Assembly (NCBI GenBank): GCA_964057225.1
Contig: OZ059897.1
Coordinates: forward strand, 7,750,001-7,814,000
DNA from: Auanema rhodensis
Lineage: Eukaryota; Animalia; Nematoda
Direction of reading: 5' to 3'
Length of the DNA stretch: 64,000 nt
Shown: one piece after another, positions 13,297 through 27,446 of the stretch
How the letters are laid out: each line of letters starts with the position of its first letter
Numbering within the stretch: position 1 is the first letter of the stretch
Notes under the pieces: model-generated
The model's input: only the letters and a program-made list of their open reading frames with translations
Told to the model about the DNA's origin: nothing
The model's database searches: none
Program-made: the position numbers and the translations under genes

Positions 13297-14383
13297 ATCA
13301 CTGTAATGATGAGATTATTTTTAGGCTTGAGTACGGTTAAGTTGATTCCCAAATTTCCAAAAACGAAAGCAAAATAAGAAAATAAGGGAAGTGGTTGATT
13401 AACGCATATTTATACGAAATACAAACAAAGAAATAATACTAAGAAGCTACATGGTTCTAAGTAAATAAGGAAAGTAGGTTTACGACTGATGTTATGTAAC
13501 GACAACTTAGAGCTGTGTTAGCACATCGTCATCATACCTATCGCCAACGGACGATCTGAAGAAGTCAGAATGACTTCGTTGCTTGAAAAGTATCGTTAAG
13601 AATTGCAAATTACAACCATTGGAAAAAGAAAAAAGATAAATGGCACATCAACATACCTGCCATCTCAAGCACGTATTGCGCTTTCTCGTCGATTTTCCAT
13701 CATTGTTTCAAATGATTGAAGATAGTATATGATTTTGAACATCGGTTCTTCCTTTTTTTTTCGTTTTCTCTGCCATCCTCTCGAATATTTCTGAACTTTC
13801 TCATCGTTGTAATCTATTGTTAGATTGAAAACACCTGAGAAATATACGTAAACGTCTTCATTCACCCGAATTGATGGCAAACGAAAAGATATTAATCACG
13901 GAAAAACTTGTTGTTGCCATTAAGAAATGCTGGCCGAACAACAAGCTTGATCAACATAATACCTTAGTAAGCCATTGGCATGTGAAGACGATGCCGTCAT
14001 GCCTCGAGGGGATCAGCATGACAACGTCAGAGTTGTTTGATGAACTGTAACCTAGTCTTCCAATTATCAATATTATCATTCTTCTTCATTTGCTAAATAC
14101 AACTTTTGAAATAAAAAATTTGAAATGAAGGTCGTTGACATCTTTCTTTTCAACTTATGTTAGAAAAGGTTGTTGATAAAAACAAGCAAAAAGAAGTTTG
14201 TACTTGTTTTCCCTGAAGCTCAAGTTCAGATAAGAAATCAATCTCGTGCAATATTTATAAAGAAAATTTTATTTAAAGCAAATAGTTCATTACATATTAA
14301 TGTTGACTTTCAAATATGAAGACCCGTATTACAACATTTGAAGTGAATATGAAGAAACCGGGATATTAACAAGGAGAAGAAAA

Positions 14384-14432
14384 AATATATATATATAAAG
14401 AGAGAGAGAGAGAGAGAAAGAGAGAGAAAGAG
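14384..14432. repeat. (TA)n + (GA)n compound microsatellite
   Basis: atatatatatata aag agagagagagagagag aaagagagagaaagag. Confidence 0.9.
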
Positions 14433-15071
14433 CTAAACCTAGTAGAATAGAAGAAAAGAAAGAATTGAAACATATAAAGGGTTTGTATGAGGGTTTTGAT
14501 GGGCAGAAGAACATGAACCAAGTATGATACACATGATGACCTTATGACACATTAGGATAATTGGTCGTCTGCTTCTAAATGTTTTGATAGATTAAAATGA
14601 TCTAAAACCGATGATAATAATAATAATAATCATGAAAAATTGAATTTTAAGCCTAAGTTGTTAGTATTAAAAGAATGAGAATGGAGAATGTAAGAAGCAG
14701 ATGAACAGTCTCGGTGCAACAGAGCATTTGCCGAAAACAGTTAGCAACGAATGCAAAAGACACACATATCATTTACAAGTAAAAAACTTATATTATCAAC
14801 CTCGTTAGTGTTAAACATGAATAATAAATGAGCTACTGCTAATGGCTAATGACTATGAAATTATATGGCTTTTCGTATTAAAGAATGTATAAAAATCTAA
14901 TTATGAAAGCTTAGAAGAGAGAATGAGAGAGAGAGAGGGGGGAGAGCAAGAAAGTAAAACATGATCAACTAGAGAAGCGTAAGCAAAGAGAGAGAAGAGA
15001 TGAAAAAAAGATAATTTCAATTAGAAAAAGACATATTTACAGCTATGATTGAAAATAATAGTAAAAAAAAC

Positions 15072-16664
15072 TTAAATATCGTCATGTTCTAGCATTGACT
15101 GTTCTGTATCAGCAACCGATTCAGTAGATTTCAGAACATGATAGACATCGAACATGGCATTTCGATGGGGACGGAGAAGAACTGTGGCAAGAACACTGAG
15201 AATGAACATTTCGCAGATGATAACAAAGTTGCAGACAACTGAAATGAAACAAACAATTTTGATTGAGAAATTGTCCTCGAAATCACTCACAGGTAGCATT
15301 TTCCTGAGCAGATAGTAGCGGCCCGCAAGAAATGAGATCGAAACGAAGTAGAATATTTTGAAAGATCATTGGTTGTTGAGCTGAGAAGAAAAGTAGCGAA
15401 ACATCAACAAATCGGAAAATTGTCATGAAGCAAAATGCTGACAACTTATTCTGCAAAGGAAAAATCGTATTATGATCGCATAACATATGTATATGTATAT
15501 GAGTGTAATGAAGCTTACCGATGTAACGCGAGCCAACGTATGAACTCCGAAGATAGCAAGCAGTAATGATCCAACACACATCATATCAGAATAGCGAAGG
15601 AATCTGAAAGTAATACTAGTAATTAATATTTTCACATCATAATTGCACAGCCATATGCATTAGAAATCAATTTTAAAATAAGAAAGCTTAGTTGACGCAC
15701 GGTAACGCGCACGTGAATCAACGTCAAAACAATCAAATCCCATAATAAGCTAGGTTGATTAAAAGTGCAAACGTCACTGTATATTCATAATTAAAAAATA
15801 AATATCTAACGTTTTAGCTTCTTCTCTCATTTCAGCAACAGCAACAATATCACAGACGATGATTATGGCACGGAAAACAGGAGCTTGAAGTACTAGCCAT
15901 TCCAATCTTCTAATATTTCTCCTGCAACATTCATTTTGAAAAATTTTGTTTTAATCTATATGACATACTCAGATGCTTCAGCAGTTGGAAGAGGTACACA
16001 AGGTGCAATACAGCAGAATGGGGGACTATGAAAATCGATTGGATCATCAATACGATTGGAGAATGAGGTTCTTCCTCCAAACAGATGTCTATAAATAAAA
16101 GTTTATTGAGATAATAAGAGCAAAAAGGTAATACCTGCATAAGGATACGATTACAAATAGGCACATAAGGTAGTACAGAATGCCCAAAGCTGTCATAATC
16201 AAGGAAGTTCGTGGAACTAACATGCCAATTAAACAACAACTAGTTGATACCTGCAAAAAAAGCATAAAATAAAATGAACTTATGTGGATTTTTGAGCGAA
16301 AACACAATCAAATCATGGTTAGTATAGTTAAACTTACAGGAAATAATGTAACTAGCCAATATAATTTATTTCTTCGTGTTTCAATGGATACAAACCGATA
16401 AACATAAGTCCAATGAACTGATGCCAATAAATAGATAATACTCGTAAATACAGTTGCAATAACTAATAAAACAGCTTGAAATGGTTCAAGATCTGAAAAT
16501 ACATGAATGTTATACTGATAAACATTTGTAGATTTAAACTAACGTGAGAGAAATTCAGAAGCACTAGGTGTGTCTGTATGACCCGAACAATTCTTGTCTG
16601 GAGGTACCATAAGAGACTCCATCAGCCGAAAGACTGGCCCCATCTCCAATCCACTCATATTCAT
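15072..16664 (-). CDS. osta-3: Organic solute transporter alpha-like protein (osta-3 orthologue)
   Basis: DTPSASEFLSHLEPFQ...RRNKLYWL...LYYLMCLFVIVSL...HLFGGR...SPPFCC...NIRRLEW.VLQAP...LLLAIFGVHTLARVTSNKLSA.CFM..FR.VD.SLLFFSAQQPMIFQN.LLRF.LISCGPLL.AQENA...TEQSM. These blocks are near-identical to C. elegans OSTA-3 as recalled. All splice phases are consistent. Further upstream exons are possible. Confidence 0.92.
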
Positions 16665-19633
16665 ATACTGAAATAATGAAAAGTAAGATAAAAATAAGCT
16701 TGCAAATGCTGATTAGATCATATGAACAGAGTATAAACTATGAAATTTCTGTTTTAAAATAAAATATTTGAATAATGATTAAGAAAATATAAGAACGAGC
16801 AAGATAAATTGAATGATAACTAAAAGAACAACATGAGTAAGTCCCACGCATTGGAGATATAAGTAAGAAAAAAAACTTTTTCATGCAGAAGTTAGTAGGA
16901 TACACTGTGTTTGCAAATGTTTTCGTATGATTTTCAAAGGCAAAATGAATTGACGGGATGAAACGGCAGGAAATCCCAAAAAAATGGCCAAAGAAGATGT
17001 AGGCGAAAAGGATGAATGGTTGAAGGAGAGAATGGCGGAGTGAGAAAAAGACAATTGGCCTCTAGAATAAAATAAACGTCTGGAGATAAATATAGATTCA
17101 TATATCATACAAATATATTTATTATTCAAATCTAGCGAGGTCTTATACGACGAAGGGTCAGGCCGAATCTCTGGTAGCATTAGTGCCCTCATGGCCTCCA
17201 CAGAAATAACAAACTGTCAAAAGACAATTTGGGTACATATGAAGAAGAAGGTTCATGCATGGAGAGATGTGTGACCTCGTGAAGCAGTAAAGGACGAAAT
17301 GAGGGAATATCGATATGATAGATCAAGAGATCTACATGTACACTCAAACGAGGCTACGGCAATTAGAACATGAAATGCTTTGACAGAATAATCAAAGAAA
17401 AACAAAACAAAATAAGTTCAAAGTTAAAGATAATCGACAGAGTATCAGGAACATAAAGGAAAAATGCTGAATGGCATGAATGAACGACGACCGATCGTCC
17501 AGCGCGAAGCGGGAAATAAGTGAGTTTTCTTTAGAAATAATCAGCAAAAACAATTTAAAGGCTTCCGCTATTTCCACATGATTCATTGACGAAATGACAG
17601 ACAAATTGACAACAAACAAAATCTAAACAAGCAACCGAGTCAAGCAGCCAGCTCAGCCATCCGGCTAACCGTGAAAAAAAGAATGAGGCTCCAGACAGAT
17701 TGAAACGTTTTATAAGATAATAGTTAATATTTGCAAAAAAGACAAAGTACTACATGATAAGAAAAGGAGCCGAAAAAGACTAAGCGAGATAAATAGTCTG
17801 ATATAATCATACCATATAGTTATGGCTCCGTTAACTATATGTTTTATACGGTTAAATACATGACTCACTCATGCTCCATGCACAGTTTTTAAACGTTTCC
17901 TATCCAAAATCAGACGAAACATCAAAATTAACTGATAAAATATTTCATATTCGATACATACTACATGATTAACTACAAAAAAATGTTCCAATTTCAATAT
18001 TTGGGTGGTATGATGAGTGATAGAACATTAAAAATGAATGAAGCCGATTATAAGCAGAGTTAAAATTCGGACAGAAAGGTAAATGAAACAACGAATTTCC
18101 CGAAAAATGATGCAAAGCTTTGCTGTCGACAAACATTACAATAATTGAAAAAGTACAGAAAAAAGACTAAAGTTAATATGAAAACTGGAGAATGAACAGA
18201 AGGAGGATAGTAGTAGTATTGAAATGAGTCAAACCTTATTTCTCTCTGTCTCTCTCTCTCTCTCTATTGCTTCCTCTCTTCCCTTCTTTTCCTTTCACTT
18301 GTAAACATGTCGTTTGCAATGCACACTAGTCTACCTTTCACCTATGCTTTCATTTTATTTCGCCGTCTTCCCGCATTCTGAGTTATATCTCGGGAGGAGA
18401 ATGATTTTGAATAGAACATGTGCACATATGCAGTGAGAGAAAGAGAGTAGATATATGTATATGTAGACGAACAACAAGAAATAGGAAATGAAGGATGTGG
18501 AATGAGAGAAAAGAGGAAAATGAGCTGTTGGTTATGAATGCTCTATGAAAAATTCGTAAAATGCTGGGAATGCAGTAGATGATTACCATACCCACTACGT
18601 CAATGAGCTGAAACAGGCTCAGGAGGGAGGTACGCAGATAGTGATACACGGAGCTGATAAACATTTTTGAAAAAAAAATTATAAAGGTGGAAGTATGAGC
18701 TATTCTCTGCATAACATGCCTGATTCAAGAAATGACTGTAGCGAACAAGAAAAACGATGAACTCGGGCGTATTCTCATGAAAATTAGAGATTTTTCTGTT
18801 TGAAAGCACTTTGTTGAGTTCAACATCACTGAAGTGCAACCAAAGTGAGAACAAAAATAACTAAAAATTCTTATATTCCAGGGAATAGAGAGAGGAAGAC
18901 GAAAAAAGAAGAGAATGTTAGCAGAGAGGTCCAGAAACACAGAATCCAGTTAACCTCAATAAATTGAAGAAAATAAAGATAAACTTGAAATAAAGTTGAA
19001 ATAGTTCAAAATCAAACAAATCGAGGGTCTAGATGCTCATATGTATATTGTGCTATGTCAATTCAAAATGCCAATATCATATAGGAATAGTAAGGAAAAG
19101 GTGTAATAGAAGATATCAGAGGAGCAAGCAGATCAATCAGTAAAGTTTGATGATCAAAATATTAAAATTTTGAGATATAAGTGTCAAAGTGTAATATAAG
19201 GACAAGCAAAATAATTGTTTTATGAATAATCATTTATTACTGATAAGTTAGGAAGAAAATTTTGAGTAAATTTGGAACGCAAGTGATTGTTAGGTTAAGA
19301 CAGAGAGGAGGAGAGAGAATGAGAAAAGGACGGTGATGACGTAATTGAGGAGAGATTGCTGTCGTCTTGAACCTTCAAAGCTTTGCTGTATGTCTCTCTA
19401 ATCTGGCTTTTTCCAATCTGTGCGCTAGCTGTATGTGCATTAGCTGTGATGTGCTGGAACTAGTTGGCAACGTCTTGTTCTCGGCATTATTGACATAGCC
19501 CACATCATTAGCACGTACAACTTAAGTCAGAAAAAAAAGCGAAACATAGTCAAAATCAAAAGATCAGAGAAGAAAATATTCAAATTTCTGATGAAGCATC
19601 AAAGCAGGAAATTCAGAACATTCTGTTCAATAA

Positions 19634-19708
19634 AGAGAGAGAGAGAGAGACAACGGCGTAATACGAGAGTGAAGAGAAGCCAAGAGCACACACACACACA
19701 CACACACA
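19634..19708. repeat. (GA)n and (CA)11 microsatellites
   Basis: (AG)8 at 19634-19650 and (CA)11 at 19687-19708. Confidence 0.9.
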
Positions 19709-20229
19709 ATAGCACAGGTTAGAAATGGTGAATGTGTAGAGAGAGAAACATAACCAACCGTTCATCAATTCGCATCACATTAAAATGAAGATCATCAGTC
19801 TATTCGTTTAATGAAAGCACACGTGGTCTGAGCACGTGAAAACGGAAAATTAATTTAAAACCATAAGAATGAAGAAAAAAATTAATTCAAAGTGTTGAAT
19901 TTAGATGGAATATAGGATACTTCGAATATGAAATCTAATAGTCATAAGGTACACATCAAAAGCAGTATATGACGATAGGATCATTTCAAGATCAAAAATT
20001 ATTTTACAAGAGTTTTTTTATAAAAAAATGCAAATAAACTACAACAACTGACTGACTGGTTCATAAAAGCAACATACTATGATATCATAGTTATAGTCAT
20101 AATCATTGCATGACAATTGGCGGATAATATTGAGGTGCAAAGAAGTAAAACACTGACCTATAGTTATGATAACACAATAAACAACAATTGCCAGAAAATG
20201 GCACAAAACGAGGACGATTGCGATATCTG

Positions 20230-20620
20230 CCCCCCCCCCCTTTCTCTCTCTCTCTCTCGCTTACTTTCTCTCTCTTTCTTTCTATCACTTTCTCTCACTT
20301 TTTTCTTTTCTATCTCTATAAAAATACAAAAAAGATCAGTTGATTTTAGTAAAGATATAGAAAAGATAATCTTTGCGATAGTAATGTTATAAAGCTTTTT
20401 ATGCCTTTACTCTATTCAAACATGAAAACTTCAGTTTAGTATATTTACAATAGGCTGTCCGAAAAGAGGATTTACATGGAAACTAGGTTTCAGTTTTCAA
20501 AATTCGGCATTGGCCCGGAAAAAAAATGGTCAAAGATAGAAAATAGCTTAGAGAATGATGATGATGCAAGGAAGAGAGAGAGATAGAGAGAAGGCTGAGA
20601 GAGAGAGAGAGAGAGAGAGA
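20230..20620. repeat. C11 + (CT)n tract and an opposing (GA)n tract
   Basis: C-run and (TC)n at 20230-20258; (GA)12 at 20597-20620. Confidence 0.85.
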
Positions 20621-21601
20621 AAACGAGGGAATGATTATTTGCAAAAAGTGAAACTTCGCTTCATCATGGCAATCAAACAAGAAACTAAAACCTAAAATTT
20701 TAATTTTTTCGAGAATTCAGATAGAAATTTGAGACTATAAGAAGGCAAACATAAGAAAAATAGAGTGAGATAGATGCATTGATGAGAATAATTAGAAAGT
20801 AGCCATAAAACGGCAATGAGTTTACATAGGGAAGTAGGGGAATTGGTTAAGGTAGTTCGAATAAGTGACAACGCCCATTTGATTTTTCGTCTTTCGTTCG
20901 TGCAGCACAGGTTGCTTAGGACATGGCCACGCATAGCTTCTTTGCCTACGCAAATGAATAAAAAAAACCTCAAATAAATAAATAAATGTGTCCTTTTTAA
21001 GTTATAAATGGGAAAAGAAAAAAGAAACAGAGAGGATGGAATATGAGACTTCAAACGGTGGATGATGTGAGAGGAGGGAGTGGACCAGTAGAATGCGACA
21101 CAAGGGGGAAGCCGGCAAGCCCAAATATAAATAAGCAATTGATCTATGTCTTCTGTGATTGTGTTTGTTTAGATAGAATTCAATTGATGGTTCGGGGATG
21201 GTTCGACAGAAAAACACAAAAAAAATGAGACAAAAGCAATAGAAAATGAAAATGAAGAAGGGGGAAGAGGTAAGGAAAGTTATTACAATTTCTTATATTT
21301 ATCAACTTTGTTGATATTTTCTTTCTAACATCACGATTATTGACGAGAAAAATCAAATACAAAGCCTGTGAAAAATGAAATACATAGAGATAAATTGTAT
21401 AAAAGATCATGAGCATCACGGCGTCTATAAAGAGTGAAGGAAAAAGAGAGAGGAGGGAAGTTATTGGACTGAGTCATACTCAGCCACTATAGAGTTGACG
21501 TAGTGGTCTGTGTATCTACAATGTAGACGTAAAATACATAACAAGGACATGTTACTGATCTCTATCTGTGAGCAATTCTCAAATTTCTAATATAAATATT
21601 C

Positions 21602-21621
21602 ATATATATATATATATATAT
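21602..21621. repeat. (AT)10 microsatellite
   Basis: Read directly from the sequence. Confidence 0.9.
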
Positions 21622-24600
21622 TGGTCAAATAGAATTGAACAGATTGAATGAAGGAGTAGGTGAGAAAAAAAGAAAAAAAATGAATGAAAGCATATCTTTC
21701 GTAAAGCATGAGCGTTAGAAGAATCAACGGTAATCAGCTACGCCAACTGACTCTTTAACCAGAATCCCAATATAAGAGAGACAACAAAACTGACGTCAGG
21801 AGAAAGGAGGCGTGAAAGCTATCAAATGAGAAATTAAGAAAAGATGGGACTGTGTTTGAACTAGCCTCTAAAAACGGAAAGTTGAATGAAAGCGAAGACG
21901 GATTGTCTTTGGCAATTGATAGCATGTTTCAACAAGAACTATGAGTAAAAGATTAAATGAAAGTGAGAGAGGGGAAATGTTACAAACACTATGATGTAAT
22001 TATCAAATTTCACAAACCTATCTCTGGTCCTTCGTTTCCAAAAAAAGTTAAATGAGGTTAGATGTTCAGTCTACTTTGGATTGACGGGCTGAAAATCAAA
22101 ATCTTATATAACAGCAAAAGAAACATTTGCAAAAAAACTGCCAACTAAGTAATGGAAAAGAATTTTAAAGATGAAACCATAAAGGTAATAAAAAAATGGA
22201 ACTGATTAAAATATCAATATAAAGCTAGGAAAATGAACAATATTTACAAAAATCTATGCAAAGACTTCATCGAGATACAAGAAAGAATCCGTAGTTGACT
22301 ATGAAATAGCAGAAAAAACGAAACATTCTCTTATTGACAAAGCATGAATCGAGGGGAATATTAGAAAATGCAACAAAATAATCGGGATAAAATGATAACG
22401 AAAGAAGTTTTCTTGAAGTTCTTATTAAAAAATGGCTGAAAAAGAAATATAGGGATGAAGCTTCACAAGTCTAATTAAGGCAGCGAATCAGCCAATAAAC
22501 GAAAAAGAAGATAAGATGAAATAATCTAGGAAACAAGCTGTTGGTGATAAAAGAATGAAACAAGTGCTTAGGTTGGTCAACCATTGGTCAGCGATATTTC
22601 TCTGAATTTGGCGTTATCATTCCGTCTAAATCATTACGCAATGAACTCGTATTATATATACCCTGGGGCGACTTGCAAAAGGAGAAACAGCAGGAAACAT
22701 AAAAAGAAGAAATTACATAAGAAAATTTAGAATAAAATCTAAATAAAAGATTAATTATATGTGCGAAAGTGATATTTAATTTTTTTTCTTTGCTGGCTTT
22801 CCTTGTTCCAGATTTTTTTTTGAAGCCAAACTTTGAGTATAGAGAAAATACGTCACACCTGGTTATAATAAAGAATATCGCATGTGCATATAATCGAGGA
22901 AAATAATGATGACAAGGTTTTTGTTCAAAAAAATACAATTTTCTTAATTAAACAAGGAAATATAGATAGAAAGAGCAAATAGAAAGATAGAAAGAGTATG
23001 CTCAATACGAAAACTATAGTTTAAGACAAGTCATAAGATTAGAAAAAACCAAACGAGCGAGAAGCATCGAGGAAAAGTCCAATAAGAACGCTAAGCTATT
23101 GAGAATTTGCTTCAAAAAAGAAGAGGGTGTTTCGTTCAAAAACTAAAAATAGGCATTGATTCAAGATTTTTTCAAGAAACATCTCGATGGAGTGAGAAAT
23201 AAGCTCGAAACTCTTTTAATCATTCCACATTAGAATCATAGTCAAATAATAAAATTTTTAAAAGTTAATGGGAATAGAAATATTTTCAAATAATAGTAGA
23301 CAGTGTAAGATACTTAAGCGGAGAAGAAACCAAAAACTTAAAAAGTTTCAAAGTTTCAAACAACACCTCTGAGATTTGTTTCCTTACGCCAAGAAAACGA
23401 GTGAAACTTCTGTGCATAGATAATTTAAAATAATTCCAAAGATGAAAAAACATTTCAAAAACAATATCTACAAACGTCAACAAGATTTCTGATCAAAGAA
23501 TTCAGAGAGAAAGAGACAGACTTATCATAATATATAATATCTTACTACGTATTAGGATGATAAAAAACTTTTTAAAGTTCGAACAAACTTTCATTCAAAA
23601 AAAAGCTAAAAATCGTCACAATCTATATATGCATTTGATTGTATAACATCAATAGAATATATGTATATATCAAAGGATTAAATAAATACTAAAATGTAGT
23701 TTGATATACATGAAACAATCATAACAATCAAATTGGCAAATTATCATTAATCACTATTTGACTTTAGTTTATCAGGTTCACTCACGTCCATATATATGAT
23801 ATATGTAATTGAAAAAATAAATAAATAAGTAAAATATAAGCTTGTCTCAAATCAATAAAAAACGATAAAAACGATTTAAAGGTTTTTTTTTATTTTTTGT
23901 TTTTCTTTCTCAATAATATGTGATGGGTGATGGTGGATAGGAGCAGATAATTATAAGAAAAGACGTATGAAATGGTTCAATTAACTGAGATAAGAGAGCC
24001 GTAAATACTGGATAAGAGTAAAGTAAATTCCAATATTTTGTATTTAGCAAAGCGAGCGTAAACTACCTCAGTCTGTGGGCATGCAAACGGATCAAAATGT
24101 CAACGAAGGATAAGAGTGAACAGAAAAAGAGAGAGAGAGAGATGAGATGAAATCCAAGAACAGCTCATCAGATGGCTTTCTTAAAGACTTTCTCCTAAGA
24201 AGATTGCATGAAGATTTCACTATGCTTCTTTCTTTCCTTCCTTCAACCCTTCCTTTTCCTCTGATTACACCTTCAGACGCTTCAATCCTTCCTCTTACTC
24301 TTACCACTTTTCATAATATTGCATCATTCAAACTAGATAAGCAATGCTGGACAACGTACGTCAGAGAAAAAGAAACAATAAACAAAATTTTTCAAAAAAA
24401 TGCTGTAGACGATGAGACATACACAAGAATGAAAAAAACCTTCCTCTTGTTGGGCGATAACAGTTAACAAAAAAAAGAAGAGAAATGAAGATGAAAACAA
24501 TAACACTCATTTTCCATTTTGTTTCATTTATTTTATGTGAAATCATCATTTGATCGAGAAAAAAATAAGAAATAAGGAAGAAGTAAAAATGTGAAGAATA

Positions 24601-27414
24601 ATAGAATAAATACAAGAACGGTTTTCTCTTTCAAACTATTTGAGGGAACAAGAAATTTTGTCTTAAACTAAGTCAATAAGACGATTAAAAAGGTCAAAAT
24701 AAAAAAGAAAATCAGTTTTTGATCAACAAATACAAGAATCAGTTTATAAATAAAAACTTTCCTGATTCTTATTAATAAAAAAATGATTGAAAGAAATAGA
24801 GTAAGAGAGAAAAAGACAACATTTAGACATTTAGAATATTGATTCTGCTTAGTGGCACGAAGCAAGGGAAAGCAAAAATAAGAGAAACATAGAGAAAAGA
24901 AGAGATAAAAAGAAAACAAAAAGAGAGGAAGAGAAAAAGAGAGTTGCACTAGAAAGAGACAGTAAACATGAAGTGGTCATACTGTTTTTTTTCCATTCAT
25001 ATAGTATATAGTATAACGTTTAAGTCTCTCCTACCTTCTTTTTCTCCCTCTCTTTCTCTCCCCCACTCCTCCATGCATGTACATATAACCTACCCTCGCT
25101 ATCTCTCACTGTCATTCAATTATTTTCTTTTTATCTCTCACTTGCTTACCCTGATATTCCTTTTACTGTCTCTCTCTTTAGTTTCTTATGGTATATCAAG
25201 TCGTTTTGTGTGTTTGGAATGACTTGAGAGATAAACTGACTGACAGCTGACTACATACATACATTCCAGCTGCATGCATACGACAGTTAAGACGAAGAAA
25301 AGTGAAGAAGAAGAAGAAGAAAAAGAACTGAGTTCGTATAGGGTAGAAAGCGACATGGTCCAATTGAAATAGCTGTAATGCTTTCCTTAGTCATAACGAT
25401 GGAACGCTGCAGCGTGCATGCAAATGTCAGAACAATGCTTGCAGGTCAAATAGTGTAAGAGAAGTGAGAAAAGACAATAAGCGCTCGTGTTATAGTTGCA
25501 AAACATGTAAAATCTGAATAACATGTATGTTTCAATACAAAACAGTCACACTATCAGTAAAGCATAAGTGGTACTCATTCCAGGCATTCTTTCCAGCTTA
25601 ACAACACATTAGCATATACTTATATGTATGTGTAATCACGCCAATGGTTGTAGTAATATAGAACGAAATTCACGGGACGCTAATATCCTTGATATATTTT
25701 CATTTTTATTCAAAAAGAAATAAAGATCGGTTGAGTTGGTTGCTATCACAACTAGTATACAAGCAACAAACCTACTCATAATGAGAATGAATAAAATAAA
25801 TTGTATAATGTTTCATGAAGCATATAGTAATTTTGTGAGAAAAAAAATTTATAAAAAAAAAACAAAATCATTCAAAACAAAATAAATATTTTGTTTCAAA
25901 AATTTACTTTTTTTTTATAAAATAAAATAAATAAATTAGCATGCTATGTATGTTTTTTTTTTCAGTGCTGTATTATCAACACATCCCAAATTTTGAAGTT
26001 GATAATCGACTCGAGCTGGTGAGATGAAACGAAAAAATTTCAAATTTTCAACGTAATTTTGGGTAACGGAAATTGCCAAAACTAGTGAATAATCTCTTGA
26101 ATTATTATAAATATATATTTATAATATATTGTGAGATAGTAATATGCATATAAACATAATAGAAAATTGAAAATGTGATTAATGATTTACTTAGGCAAAT
26201 TGCTTCAATTTTCCTACTCCCCGAGTTAGATCAATTCTAAATAAGATGGAAATCTAATGATCCGAATTCAAAAAAAAGTCATCTAAATCAACTATGTAAC
26301 TAAAACCTAAATATTTTTCTAATATTATAGTATATCATATATTATATAACACATAAATATATATGTACATATATTTTATAATAATAGCGTCGAACGGGAA
26401 GAAACAAACTACAAAATATGGAAAATATTGAGAAAAAAAAAGGAATTGGAGATCACAAACACTGAAAAAAGTTCCTGTTGTTATAGTGGAGAAAAATATA
26501 TTATAATTATTTTATGGATTTCTTACATCTTTGTGGATATGTGCTAAATTTTGTCTAAAGAAAACTGCAGGAAAATCAAAAATCGTACTGACTCATTAAG
26601 TAGTCTGTTGAATAGGCCCAAAAGTTGGATGTTATCTTGGAATTCTGACCTCAATACTCACATCTCAAACTGAATATGGGCAAAGTTCAATCGCGGTATG
26701 TCAAAACTTAGCGATAAACGTAGTACTTGAGTGAAAGGAGATGCTGTACTCAAAAAATAATGAGGTAACGATAACATAATTGAATAAAAAGGTTTAAAAA
26801 TGTTTGATGAAACGTTAGAAGAAATTTTAAAATATCACGAACATCTACTAGATGTTATAGGTAAATGCGACTAGTATGTCCTTGAGCTCAAGATGAACCG
26901 TAAAAAAATGACATGATGTCCATCAATAAAGAGAGGAAAGGATGAACATCAGAGAAAGTCATGTAGAAAATGGCTAAGAGGTAGTCTGAAGATAGTCGTG
27001 AACCTAAATGATGACCCTGTAGGATGTTATGGTTCATTTAGCGTTCATGTTTCTTGTAATTAGGTATTGTTTCCAGTCATTCAACAGCTGGATGATGAAT
27101 AAAGCATCTTTTAACGAATAGCAAGGTATTGTTTGAAGTTAAAAGAAAAACTGAATGAAAATTGGATACAAATGGAAAATCTGTTCATTCATTGTTATTA
27201 TTCATCAAAAATTATTTAGTATTTGTGATGAGACAAACATTTGACTAGATACATATGCATATGGTTTGAGCTTGACTGACTACTACTTGCTGGAATGCCT
27301 GCAGCTCGGACAGAATTTTTTTCGTTTTAGCCCAATAACTTGCTTTTTTTTACTTCTACTATTTCTAAAAAATGTACAATAAGTAAGAAAAAAATATCTG
27401 CTAAGAAAGTGAGT

Positions 27415-27446
27415 GAGAGAGAGAGAGAGAGAAAGAGAGCGAGAGA
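27415..27446. repeat. (GA)n microsatellite
   Basis: gagagagagagagagagaaagagagcgagaga; this explains the spurious MRERERE ORF. Confidence 0.9.

Noticed and set aside
22080-22560. Lys-rich frames suggesting a decayed transposase
   Set aside because: No DDE or RT motifs and no terminal repeats; A-rich skew explains the composition.
25214-25270. miR-1-like sequence (- strand TGGAATGTATGTATGTAG) with a nearby complementary TGGAATG
   Set aside because: It shares the seed and 3' end with miR-1 but lacks the AAGAAG middle. Only ~7 bp of stem can form, and a TACA repeat plus a CATTCC site explains it.
26103-26126. 24-bp AT-only palindrome
   Set aside because: Low complexity; expected by chance in a very AT-rich tract.
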